From Minisyncoccota bacterium (GTDB lineage: Bacteria; Patescibacteriota; Minisyncoccia; Phycocordibacterales; UBA9973), in contig JBAYHJ010000003.1 in the NCBI GenBank assembly GCA_041666225.1, forward strand, positions 17,116 through 81,115: a DNA stretch of 64,000 bases, given 5' to 3'. This document shows, piece after piece, positions 56,352 to 64,000 of the stretch; position 1 is the stretch's first letter; every line of letters begins with the position of its first letter. Made by a program: the position numbers and the translations under genes. A model generated the notes under the pieces. The model was not told the origin of the DNA. It did not search any database and worked only from the letters and a program-made list of their open reading frames with translations.

Positions 56352-57812
56352 ATGAAAAAATATAAATCATTAGTCGTTAGTTCACTTATTGCCGCTGTCA
56401 TAATATCTATTCCCTTTGCAAGTTTTGCAGAAAGTAAAGATAATGACAAAAGCAATGAAAACAAAGTCCGTGTCGAAAGCAAGGTACATTTAGAAGACAA
56501 TAATAATTTCAAATTTAATAAAGAAAATTCTAATTCAATTTGGAATAGGTTTAGACAATTCTTTAATCAAGATATCGATGCTAATATTATTGCTAATATT
56601 GCACCTATAATAAATGGAATAACCGCTCCAACAGTTCTAAAATCTGGCGAAATGGGAACTTGGGTAGTCAAAGCATCAGATGAAAAAAATGGAACTTTAA
56701 GTTATGCAGTTAATTGGGGAGATGAGAGTAATATATTCTCAAAATCCATGGCCAAATTATCACAACCAATATTTGTTCAAGATTCAACATTCACACACAC
56801 TTACACAAAAACTGGTAAATATACTATTGTTTTTACAGTAAATAATAGTGAAGGATTAGAAACAACTTCAACTGTAACTGTTTATGTAACAGGAGAACAA
56901 ACATTAAATGCTCCAGTTATGAGTAACCTTGAAGTAAAATCAATCAAACAACATAAAGCTACAATAAATTGGACTACAGATGTTAAAGCTAATAGTGTAG
57001 TTTATTTTAGTAAAATATCTCCTGTAGATACATCTGTAAATTCAAATGTGTCACGTAAGGCTCTAGTTCTAAATCATAAGATTGAGTTAAAAAAGCTAGA
57101 AGCGAATACTAAGTATTATGTAGTTGTTAAATCAACAAATAAAGCAGGTACAACTACATCTAGTGAAACATCCTTTACAACACCACCAATAACAACTGAC
57201 ACATCTGCCCCTGTTATCACAGGATTAACAGGATCTAACTCAATTAAGGTTGGAGAAACTGAAACAGTAACTGTAAATGCTTATGATCCTAAAAATGGAA
57301 CTTTAAGTTATTCTGCAGATTGGGGTGACACAAATCTAATCACAAAAAATGCAATTTCAGTATCAGAAAAACCAATATTTGTTCAGAGTGCAACATTTAG
57401 TCACGTATATAGTTCACCAGGAACATACACAGCAACCTTTACTGTAGAAAATAGTGATGGTAAAAAAGATTCTTCATCAATGAAAATCTTAGTTACACTT
57501 TTATCTGTCGATATTACTAATCCATTGATAAGTGAAGTAAGAACATTAACAGGATCTACAACAAGTACAATCTCATGGACTACAAATGAACCCTCAACAT
57601 CAGAAGTTTTCTATTCTACAAATACACCTGTTGATGTAAATTCAAGTTTAACCCCATCGATTATTAGTAAATTATTAGTTACCAAGCATTCACTTAATAT
57701 GTCTGGATTATCACCAAGCACAATCTATCACTTTGTAATAAAGTCTGCTGATGAATCATCCAACACAACAATATCTAGTGAGTCTTCGTTTATAACTAAT
57801 TTCGGACTGTAA
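56352..57812 (+). CDS. Secreted PKD-like / FN3-like repeat protein
   Basis: Signal peptide; two copies of a LSY(A/S)xxWGD...F(T/S)H(T/V)Y...G.YT..FTV.N..G PKD-like module, each followed by an FN3-like module. Confidence 0.6.
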   Translation: MKKYKSLVVSSLIAAVIISIPFASFAESKDNDKSNENKVRVESKVHLEDNNNFKFNKENSNSIWNRFRQFFNQDIDANIIANIAPIINGITAPTVLKSGEMGTWVVKASDEKNGTLSYAVNWGDESNIFSKSMAKLSQPIFVQDSTFTHTYTKTGKYTIVFTVNNSEGLETTSTVTVYVTGEQTLNAPVMSNLEVKSIKQHKATINWTTDVKANSVVYFSKISPVDTSVNSNVSRKALVLNHKIELKKLEANTKYYVVVKSTNKAGTTTSSETSFTTPPITTDTSAPVITGLTGSNSIKVGETETVTVNAYDPKNGTLSYSADWGDTNLITKNAISVSEKPIFVQSATFSHVYSSPGTYTATFTVENSDGKKDSSSMKILVTLLSVDITNPLISEVRTLTGSTTSTISWTTNEPSTSEVFYSTNTPVDVNSSLTPSIISKLLVTKHSLNMSGLSPSTIYHFVIKSADESSNTTISSESSFITNFGL

Positions 57813-57865
57813 AAATTATCAACAAAAACTAAACTAAATAACAGGCCAAATAAAACCACCTCGAG

Positions 57866-57900
57866 CTCATACAAGCTCTAGGTGGTTTTATTTTATAATA
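57866..57900 (+). terminator. Terminator after the PKD gene
   Basis: AAAACCACCTCGAGCTCATACAAGCTCTAGGTGGTTTTATTTT. Confidence 0.65.
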
Positions 57901-57925
57901 TTTATGTTATTATTTTAATAGCATT

Positions 57926-59038
57926 ATGAAAATCGCTTACTTTTTAGGCACATTGAAAAATGAAGATGGTGTAACTAGAGTACTTTCAGAATTGATTAAA
58001 GAAGGACAGAAAAATGAAATTGAATCCATAATAATTACTGGTTGGGCTGAAAATGAATCTTCTTTTCCAATCCCAATAATACAAATACCATCGTTTATTT
58101 TTCCTCTTTATAAAGAATATCGTATTCCATTACCTGGAATGCATGGTTTTGAAAAACAATTAGATAAATTTCATCCAGACATTATCCATATTCATAGCCC
58201 AGACACAAGTGCTTGGGCAGCATTAAAATATGAAAAAAAGAATAAAATTCCAATAGTCGCTACTTTTCATACTGATTTTTGTAGTTATCTTCCATATTAT
58301 CATTTGTCTTTTTTACGTCCATTAGTTTGGTTCATACTTAAAAAAATATATACACAGATGAGTTTCGTTACTACACCATCAGAAGTTGTGAGTAATATGC
58401 TTATTCAGCATAAGATAAAAAATGTCTATACTGTTCCTTGGGGAGTAGAATTAGAAAAATTTAATACTTCTTTTTATTCTTTAGAATGGCGAAATAAAAT
58501 TCTTAAAAGAGAAAAACAAAATATTATTCTATATGTGGGTAGATTAACTTGGGAAAAAGACTTAAGGACACTAGTCAATGTATTTAAATTACTCAAGAAC
58601 AATAAAGACAACTTCAAAATGGTTATCGTTGGTGATGGTCCAGCTCGTCGCAAATTAGAAACTCTTATGCCAGAAGCATTGTTTGTAGGACATCTTGAGG
58701 GGCTAGAACTCTCAAAAGTTTATGCATCTTGTGACATTTTTCTCTTTCCTTCATATACTGAAACATTTGGAAATGTAACAATAGAAGCAATGGCTTCAGG
58801 GCTTGTAATTGTTGCTGCTAATGCAGGAGGGTCAAAATCTATAATTTTAGATAATGAAAATGGATTTCTTGCTGAACCTAAGAATACTGATGATTTTTAT
58901 AATAAAATTTGTTTACTTTTAGAAAATAAACAATTGCAAGAGAAAATTAAAAACAATAATCTAGACTTTGTAAAAACCCACACATGGGAAAAAGTTTTTG
59001 ATAATCTTTTGCAAAAATATTTAAAAATACTTTCTTAA
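57926..59038 (+). CDS. Glycosyltransferase family 4 (GT-B, group 1)
   Basis: C-terminal EGLELSKVYASCDIFLFPSYTETFGNVTIEAMASGLVIVA (the E-x7-E region). Confidence 0.8.
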   Translation: MKIAYFLGTLKNEDGVTRVLSELIKEGQKNEIESIIITGWAENESSFPIPIIQIPSFIFPLYKEYRIPLPGMHGFEKQLDKFHPDIIHIHSPDTSAWAALKYEKKNKIPIVATFHTDFCSYLPYYHLSFLRPLVWFILKKIYTQMSFVTTPSEVVSNMLIQHKIKNVYTVPWGVELEKFNTSFYSLEWRNKILKREKQNIILYVGRLTWEKDLRTLVNVFKLLKNNKDNFKMVIVGDGPARRKLETLMPEALFVGHLEGLELSKVYASCDIFLFPSYTETFGNVTIEAMASGLVIVAANAGGSKSIILDNENGFLAEPKNTDDFYNKICLLLENKQLQEKIKNNNLDFVKTHTWEKVFDNLLQKYLKILS

Positions 59039-59048
59039 AAAGAAGGTA

Positions 59049-59654
59049 TTAATCGATAGGATTATTTTTTACAAAATTAAAAGCTATTTTTTGATAGGTA
59101 AAATAAACAACAAAAATTAATAAAATTATTCCTCCTAAAATATATGAGCCATTTTGAATGGTAGTCGTTAAATACATATATGTTTTTATAGAGTAGAAAC
59201 CTAAGAGTGAGAAAAAAATTGCCTTTGGAACAGTGATTAAAAGAGACATTCCTATAAATTTTCGTAATGGAACATGAGCCACTCCCATTGCAATAAGTCC
59301 TGGAATGGGAAGAATTGGGGAGAGTTTTACTACTATCATGGTTTTTCTAAAATGCCTATGCACCATCTTTTCAATTTTTTCAATTCTTTCTTTTGTAACA
59401 CCAATATAATGCCCATAACGTTCTATTATTAAAATCCTACTTCTATACCCTATCAAATAATAAACAATGTCAGCAGTTAAATCTCCAATAATTGCAATTA
59501 ATATAATTATGAAGATATTATAATAGCCCAATCCGGCAGCCACTCCTGCTGCAACAGTAACAAGTGTTCCTTCAATTACCGCTGTAACAAAGAAAAGAAA
59601 GTAGCCATGAGCAATAATCCACGGAACAAGAGAAGCTAAATTTAAATCTGGCAT
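59049..59654 (-). CDS. DedA/VTT-family membrane protein
   Basis: 201 aa, polytopic, DedA-like. Confidence 0.55.
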   Translation of the reverse strand: MPDLNLASLVPWIIAHGYFLFFVTAVIEGTLVTVAAGVAAGLGYYNIFIIILIAIIGDLTADIVYYLIGYRSRILIIERYGHYIGVTKERIEKIEKMVHRHFRKTMIVVKLSPILPIPGLIAMGVAHVPLRKFIGMSLLITVPKAIFFSLLGFYSIKTYMYLTTTIQNGSYILGGIILLIFVVYFTYQKIAFNFVKNNPID

Positions 59655-59764
59655 ATTTTATTTTAACACATTCTAATAAAAGTTATACGGGAAAAATTAA
59701 ATAATAAAGCTTTTTATAAAATGTAACAAAAATTTCTTAAACAAAAGACAATATAAATAAAGAA

Positions 59765-59825
59765 ATGTCTACGTAAGAAAGTGTATACATGATACGTCTA
59801 ATTAAATGTAAGTCGTGTATTTAAT
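59765..59825 (+). promoter_or_regulatory. Conserved ECF-like promoter/leader element, copy 2 (ATGTCTACGTAAGAAA-N14-CGTCTA...TCGTGTATTTAAT)
   Basis: Same motif and spacing as 56239-56302, about 58 nt upstream of the 59883 ATG. Confidence 0.45.
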
Positions 59826-59882
59826 TTATATATCAATACACGACATATATTATATTATTAGTTAATAAATTATTAAAAATAC

Positions 59883-60698
59883 ATGAAAAAAATATTAATA
59901 TCGATGGGTTTAATGTCTCTTATGTTTACAATAGCTATTGTGGGGTTTGGAAGTAATGCCACACAAGCTGCATATACAGCATCTGATGTGTCAGCACACA
60001 ATACACAATCAGATTGTTGGATGATTATTAATGGCAACGTCTACAATTTAACTACTTTTGTAAATACACATTCAGGTGGTAGTGCTGTCATAATCGGACA
60101 ATGTGGAAAGGATGGAACAGCTACCTTTAACAGTGGACCACATAGGTCAAGTACACTCAATGCAATTAGTTCTCTAAAGCTTGGACCTCTAACCACGACA
60201 CCTACTCCCACACCAACCCCAGATACACCATTGATACTCACTAGTGTAGTTATAACACCGACTTCACCCGTAGTAAAAATAAATGGAACACTACAAATTG
60301 TAGTAACTCCAAAAGATCAGAATGGGGCACCTGTCAATGGAGTAGTCACAACTTATGCTTCCAGTAACCATAATGCTGCAATCATAAATAATGCGACTGG
60401 TCTAGTAAAAGGAGTTGCTCTTGGTACAACAACAATAACTACAACCTCAATCAAGGACGGTAAAACTATTACAAGTAGTATTATTGTAACCATATCTGAT
60501 ACAATAGTGCCTACTCCAATTCCTACCCCAACACCTACGCCAACACCCAAATATGATGATAGTAATGATGACGATGAGAGTGAGTATGAAGATTATGAAG
60601 ACGATGATGAAGATGAGGATTTTTATGAACAATCCTATAAGAATCATGAAAATGAAAATAGAGACTATAATAAAAACTACGAAGATGATGATGAATAA
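59883..60698 (+). CDS. Secreted protein: cytochrome b5-like heme-binding domain + TP linker + Big_2 Ig-like domain + polyacidic C-terminal tail
   Basis: Signal peptide. AHNTQSDCWMIINGNVYNLTTFVNTHSGGSAVI...GKDGTATFNSGPH matches the cyt-b5 pattern (HPGG/GHS analogues present). TPTPTP linkers, a Big_2-like beta domain and a D/E/Y-rich tail. Confidence 0.55.
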   Translation: MKKILISMGLMSLMFTIAIVGFGSNATQAAYTASDVSAHNTQSDCWMIINGNVYNLTTFVNTHSGGSAVIIGQCGKDGTATFNSGPHRSSTLNAISSLKLGPLTTTPTPTPTPDTPLILTSVVITPTSPVVKINGTLQIVVTPKDQNGAPVNGVVTTYASSNHNAAIINNATGLVKGVALGTTTITTTSIKDGKTITSSIIVTISDTIVPTPIPTPTPTPTPKYDDSNDDDESEYEDYEDDDEDEDFYEQSYKNHENENRDYNKNYEDDDE

Positions 60699-60712
60699 AA
60701 TATAAACATCAA

Positions 60713-60757
60713 ATAAAAAACCCGCCACAACCTTACAGGTTGTGGCGGGTTTTTTAT
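60713..60757 (+). terminator. Strong rho-independent terminator
   Basis: AAAAAACCCGCCACAACC-TTACA-GGTTGTGGCGGGTTTTTT, a 13-bp GC-rich stem plus T-tract. Confidence 0.85.
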
Positions 60758-60812
60758 ATTTTAATCTTTAATTCTTTTTCTTCACTACCACTTAGATAAC
60801 ATGCATCTCTGA

Positions 60813-60837
60813 AGTAGCAAGGACGGTCCTTGCTACT
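60813..60837. repeat. 25-bp palindrome AGTAGCAAGGAC-G-GTCCTTGCTACT (copy 1 of 3)
   Basis: Perfect 12-bp arms with a 1-nt centre. Related copies lie at 61392-61415 and 62762-62786. Confidence 0.8.
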
Positions 60838-60922
60838 ACTTGCTACTAAGTAATGCATACATACTAAAAATATTGAACCCATAGAAAATTATTTGAAAAA
60901 TAAGGTATAATAAGAAAATTAT

Positions 60923-61312
60923 ATGATGACAGTAAAGACAAAAATAGATAAAAGCAGTATCCATGGAATTGGTTTATTTGCTGATGAATTTATTCCAAAA
61001 GGAACAAAAATTTGGGAATTTACACCTGGATTTGATTTAAAATTTACACCCGAACAAATAAAAGAATTACCAAAAGCAGTGCAAGAATATTTAGGAATAT
61101 ATGCTTGGCTTAGTAAGAAAAGTGGTATGTATTGTTTTTCTTCAGATAACGGAAAATATTTTAATCATTCAAAGAATAACAATGTTCAATCCTATTATCT
61201 TGAAGGACATCATGAAGTCATAACTTATGCCTTACGTGATATTAAGAAGGGAAAGGAATTACTGGATGATTACAATTCTTTTGAAGAAGGTTTTAAGGAA
61301 TATAAATTATAA
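60923..61312 (+). CDS. SET-domain protein (putative protein-lysine methyltransferase)
   Basis: HGIGLFADEFIPKGTKIWEF (GxG), YFNHSKNNNV (NHSxxN motif), KELLDDY (ELxxDY). Confidence 0.55.
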   Translation: MMTVKTKIDKSSIHGIGLFADEFIPKGTKIWEFTPGFDLKFTPEQIKELPKAVQEYLGIYAWLSKKSGMYCFSSDNGKYFNHSKNNNVQSYYLEGHHEVITYALRDIKKGKELLDDYNSFEEGFKEYKL

Positions 61313-61391
61313 TATATTTTAATGAGTACCGAAAAATATTTAATAAAACAAAAAATGTTTATCAAGAAACTAGATATTGAACTAAGTTTTA

Positions 61392-61415
61392 AGTAGCAAG
61401 ACGGTCATTGCTACT
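61392..61415. repeat. Degenerate copy of the AGTAGCAAGGAC palindrome (copy 2)
   Basis: AGTAGCAAGACGGTCATTGCTACT; the 8-bp outer arms are retained. Confidence 0.6.
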
Positions 61416-61427
61416 ACTTTTATTTTA

Positions 61428-61772
61428 TTAAAAATTAAACTTATTAATTAATACTCCAATTTGCTCAGCTAGATCACGAGTCAAATCATCTTGAGAAGCT
61501 GCCGTATAGATATCTTCTAATGATTCAATGGCATACTCTTTATATTTTTCTGTTTTTGAATAAAGTAAAGCTATTTTAATTTCAGTTAAGAGGTTTATCC
61601 TATTTGATAATTCAGGATTGTCTCTCGCTTCTTTATCAGCATCATCATGACAATGATCAACATATTCTAATAAGAGCGCCTTTGTTTCTGGATCCTCAAT
61701 TCCTTTGGTATTTAGAGCATCTATAACTTGTTGTTCTGTAACTCCTTCTGGTGACTTAAATGATTCAATCAT
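61428..61772 (-). CDS. Hypothetical acidic protein
   Basis: 114-aa ORF with no recognisable motifs. Confidence 0.35.
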   Translation of the reverse strand: MIESFKSPEGVTEQQVIDALNTKGIEDPETKALLLEYVDHCHDDADKEARDNPELSNRINLLTEIKIALLYSKTEKYKEYAIESLEDIYTAASQDDLTRDLAEQIGVLINKFNF

Positions 61773-61849
61773 GGTCTTAATTATATCAGTTTTTAGAATA
61801 AAAATAAAAAAATGTTTTAAATTGATAAGATTTTAGTTAAAAGTAAATT

Positions 61850-62617
61850 TTATATTCTATCATCGTCAAAAAATTCATAATAAGACAAAACACCTATTGC
61901 TCCCATGATAAACCAAAAGAAAAATTCTTCAAAAGGGAAAGTATACCCGAAAAGATTTACCCAACCCAAAAAGTTAGTACCAGGGAACGTCCATTGATTA
62001 AGTTGTAATCCTGTAATTTCGAATAGAGTGGCAAGCAAGAAAAAGTAAGAAGCAACTTTGATGTATTTAGATAAAAGTCTTGGAAAGAAAGACAAAAAAG
62101 TAACTGTTGGTAAAACAAAGAAAATAGTTCCGAGCCAGAAATAAGCATAAGGAATGATTAGTAGATTGGGTTTAGTAAGTAAAACAGTAAAGAAAATCAG
62201 TAATAAAACAACTAGCGGCCAGATTAGATATTTCATTTTCTTGTCTATTAATTCATGTTTTCCTTTATCAAGAAAATGTTCATAAAAAATAACAATACTA
62301 TAAATAAGAAAGAATCCCCAGATTAAGTCCTCGACAGGTACAAGCCCAAATAAACGAAATGGAAAAACGGTTAAAGGAACAAACCAAGAATGATCTAATA
62401 TGGCAATATAATCTGCAAAAAACCCAAGTGGAATTGCAAGAATCAAAGAAAAGATAAGAGTTTTCTTTATTTGTGATGGTGTTCTAATAGATAACCATAA
62501 TGATGGTAATCCAAAAAATAATAAAATAGAAGTTAAAAAATTTACTTTAAAAATTAAAGATAATACAACAGATAATAACGGAAATAGTATAAGTAAGAAA
62601 ATATCCAATTTTTTCAT
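61850..62617 (-). CDS. Polytopic membrane protein (hypothetical; lycopene-cyclase-domain-like topology possible)
   Basis: 255 aa with about 7 TM segments. Confidence 0.45.
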   Translation of the reverse strand: MKKLDIFLLILFPLLSVVLSLIFKVNFLTSILLFFGLPSLWLSIRTPSQIKKTLIFSLILAIPLGFFADYIAILDHSWFVPLTVFPFRLFGLVPVEDLIWGFFLIYSIVIFYEHFLDKGKHELIDKKMKYLIWPLVVLLLIFFTVLLTKPNLLIIPYAYFWLGTIFFVLPTVTFLSFFPRLLSKYIKVASYFFLLATLFEITGLQLNQWTFPGTNFLGWVNLFGYTFPFEEFFFWFIMGAIGVLSYYEFFDDDRI

Positions 62618-62761
62618 TTTATAACGAAAATTTATTATTTATAACATGCTTTTATATAGTAATTTATTTATAACACTGTTAATTATATCACTTAAGTTAA
62701 TTTAGGCTAATACAACTCAAGTGTTTTATATTTATAAATTTTGGTAGTAGAAAGGACAGGT

Positions 62762-62786
62762 AGTAGCAAGGACAGTCCTTGCTACT
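62762..62786. repeat. 25-bp palindrome AGTAGCAAGGAC-A-GTCCTTGCTACT (copy 3), with an adjacent partial copy
   Basis: Perfect 12-bp arms. A GGTAGTAGAAAGGACAG partial repeat lies directly upstream (62744-62760). Confidence 0.8.
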
Positions 62787-62922
62787 ATTGAAATTGAAAA
62801 TTTATATTCTTCAAGTTGTTTATTATATTCTTGTTTTATTGATTCCTCAATTCTACTTTTTATCCAAAGAGATAAAAGCCATTGAATAAGACCTAGACCA
62901 AGAATTATAAAAATTGTATTCA

Positions 62923-63453
62923 TTATTTAATTATACCATTTTTAAGATTTCTATACCCAATTACTGCAAATGGTAAAGATATTATCTGTAATATAGATAT
63001 ATAATAAGTTCCTAAAATATATCCATAATATATAAGGACTAGATGACCTAAAATATACAGAATCCAACCTATTGGTTTTCTGAGAACTAAAAATACAGCA
63101 CCAATGGAAAATAATATAACCATTAAATTTTCTAAAATCCAATTTGGAGACCTTAGATTTAAAAAGAATACAATAATTATTCCTATCAAAGTAAGAAAGC
63201 TCATTAAAATAGTTATTTTGTTTTGAAGTTTATTATTTTTCTTCCATGCAAACATTCCAAAAATAAAAATTATTCCACTTGTTATCTCAAGAATAGAATA
63301 CGAAAATGATCCTTTGTGTAAGGTAACAATAGTAAAAGCAATTGATCCCAGAAAACCCAATATCCAACCAACTCTTTTATTTAGACTTAAAAATATCTTC
63401 TGTGAGAAGTATAAGATTGAACCTATAATTTCTATTACAACAAAAATATTCAT
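62923..63453 (-). CDS. Polytopic membrane protein (hypothetical)
   Basis: 176 aa with about 6 TM segments. Confidence 0.45.
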   Translation of the reverse strand: MNIFVVIEIIGSILYFSQKIFLSLNKRVGWILGFLGSIAFTIVTLHKGSFSYSILEITSGIIFIFGMFAWKKNNKLQNKITILMSFLTLIGIIIVFFLNLRSPNWILENLMVILFSIGAVFLVLRKPIGWILYILGHLVLIYYGYILGTYYISILQIISLPFAVIGYRNLKNGIIK

Positions 63454-63499
63454 AATTTAATTGCATGTAGATAGGGTCTTAACCCTTATCTGTGTAATT

Positions 63500-63570
63500 A
63501 TATATCTTATTTTCAAAGCTACGGGACTAGGACTCGAACCTAGATACACAGTTCCAGAAACTGTGGTCCT
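63500..63570 (-). tRNA. tRNA-Gln (CTG)
   Basis: Minus-strand cloverleaf. Acceptor TACGGGA/TCCCGTA, D-arm GTCT-AATGGTA-GGAC, anticodon stem ACAGT/ACTGT with loop TTCTGGA, T-arm CTAGG-TTCGAGT-CCTAG. Confidence 0.8.
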
Positions 63571-63678
63571 ACCATTAGACGATCCCGTAATATCAACCTC
63601 AACTTCAATATATTACCATAAAATGCTAAAAAATACAGATTTGAAAACAATGGATTTTTAAGGTACAATAACCCTTAT

Positions 63679-64000
63679 ATGAATGAAGATAAAAATCAAG
63701 GAGTAGATATTGAGGAGGTAAAATTACAAATGATTCGGGATGAATTTCATGATGGTATTGATAGTGTTGATAAAATTAACCCATCAGTTACATTCTATGG
63801 TTCAACTCGCATAGAAGAGAATAATCCTAATTATGAAAAAGTTAGGAAGTTATCTTTCAGAATAGCCAAAGAGCTAGGTTACGCTGTTTTATCTGGTGGA
63901 GGTCCAGGAATCATGGAAGCTGCTAATAGAGGTGCTTTTGAGGCTGGTGGGAGGTCTATAGGGCTGACTATCAAGCTTCCAAATGAACAGATAAACAACC
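63679..64000 (+). CDS. LOG-family protein (cytokinin riboside 5'-monophosphate phosphoribohydrolase / Rossmann-fold nucleotide-binding protein), 5' partial that runs off the window
   Basis: TFYGSTRIEENNPNYEKVRKLSFRIAKELGYAVLSGGGPGIMEAANRGAFEAGGRSIGL (GGGxGxM motif). Confidence 0.65.
   Translation, partial: MNEDKNQGVDIEEVKLQMIRDEFHDGIDSVDKINPSVTFYGSTRIEENNPNYEKVRKLSFRIAKELGYAVLSGGGPGIMEAANRGAFEAGGRSIGLTIKLPNEQINN

Noticed and set aside
60041-60728. Minus-strand ORFs 60041-60241, 60353-60550 and 60447-60728 (the GVGVGV and Ile-rich peptides)
   Set aside because: They are antisense to the TP-linker, Big_2 and acidic-tail regions of the 59883 gene, and are low-complexity artefacts.
63461-63661. 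66-aa plus-strand ORF
   Set aside because: It overlaps the minus-strand tRNA-Gln gene.
1-64000. Mobile genetic elements or prophage
   Set aside because: There is no transposase, integrase, recombinase, phage structural gene or toxin-antitoxin module I could recognise. The tRNA cluster is not followed by an integrase. The only mobile-like features are the short noncoding hairpin repeats, which are reported as repeats.
1-64000. rRNA genes, RNase P RNA, tmRNA, SRP RNA and 6S RNA
   Set aside because: I found no stretches matching conserved cores of these RNAs (for example the SRP GGAAGCAGCCAAGG-like motif or the tmRNA tag-reading frame) by reading the intergenic regions. Only the three tRNAs and one tRNA remnant were seen.

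Overview
This is an AT-rich (roughly 30% GC by eye), gene-dense bacterial chromosomal window with genes on both strands. I found no transposase or integrase genes and no CRISPR array. The gene content is consistent with a small-genome, possibly CPR/Patescibacteria-like organism; that is inference. Supporting points are a eukaryote/archaeal-type IleRS, an alpha2-type GlyRS, RNase J, many small membrane hypotheticals, PKD/Big2 surface proteins and weak Shine-Dalgarno sequences.

Housekeeping genes present: rbfA, a tRNA cluster (Cys-GCA, Leu-TAG and a degenerate tRNA-Cys-like remnant), secG, rnj, an rpsF-ssb-rpsR operon, metG, glyQS, ileS, argS, glyA and tRNA-Gln(CTG). Also present are three ECF sigma/anti-sigma pairs, one of which heads a MacAB-HlyD-like efflux operon.

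Most notable observations:
- A roughly 200-aa histidine-phosphatase (PGM-family) domain, with its catalytic motifs intact, is inserted into IleRS between the catalytic core and the KMSKS motif.
- A roughly 7-kb deoxypyrimidine module contains dut, Nudix, tmk, DNPH1, a CYTH protein, glyA, an NDT-like protein, dCMP deaminase, a ThyA homologue, folA and a MazG-like protein. The ThyA homologue has Asp at the E. coli Asn177 substrate-specificity position and Pro in place of His147, which suggests a cytosine-nucleotide C5-modifying enzyme rather than a canonical thymidylate synthase.
- A cysteine-rich protein with internal repeats and zinc ribbons, apparently split by a 1-nt frameshift in a homopolymer, sits next to a P-loop kinase.
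- There are several families of structured intergenic repeats: a roughly 100-nt hairpin element immediately 5' of both ileS and a cupin gene; long perfect palindromes sharing the core TCTGCCATGGCAGA on both sides of a wHTH gene; a 25-bp palindrome in three copies around a SET-domain gene; and an 8x tandem heptamer in a promoter region.
- Two secreted-protein genes share a conserved ECF-like promoter element.

All calls rest on reading the translated ORFs and the sequence directly. No database searches were run.
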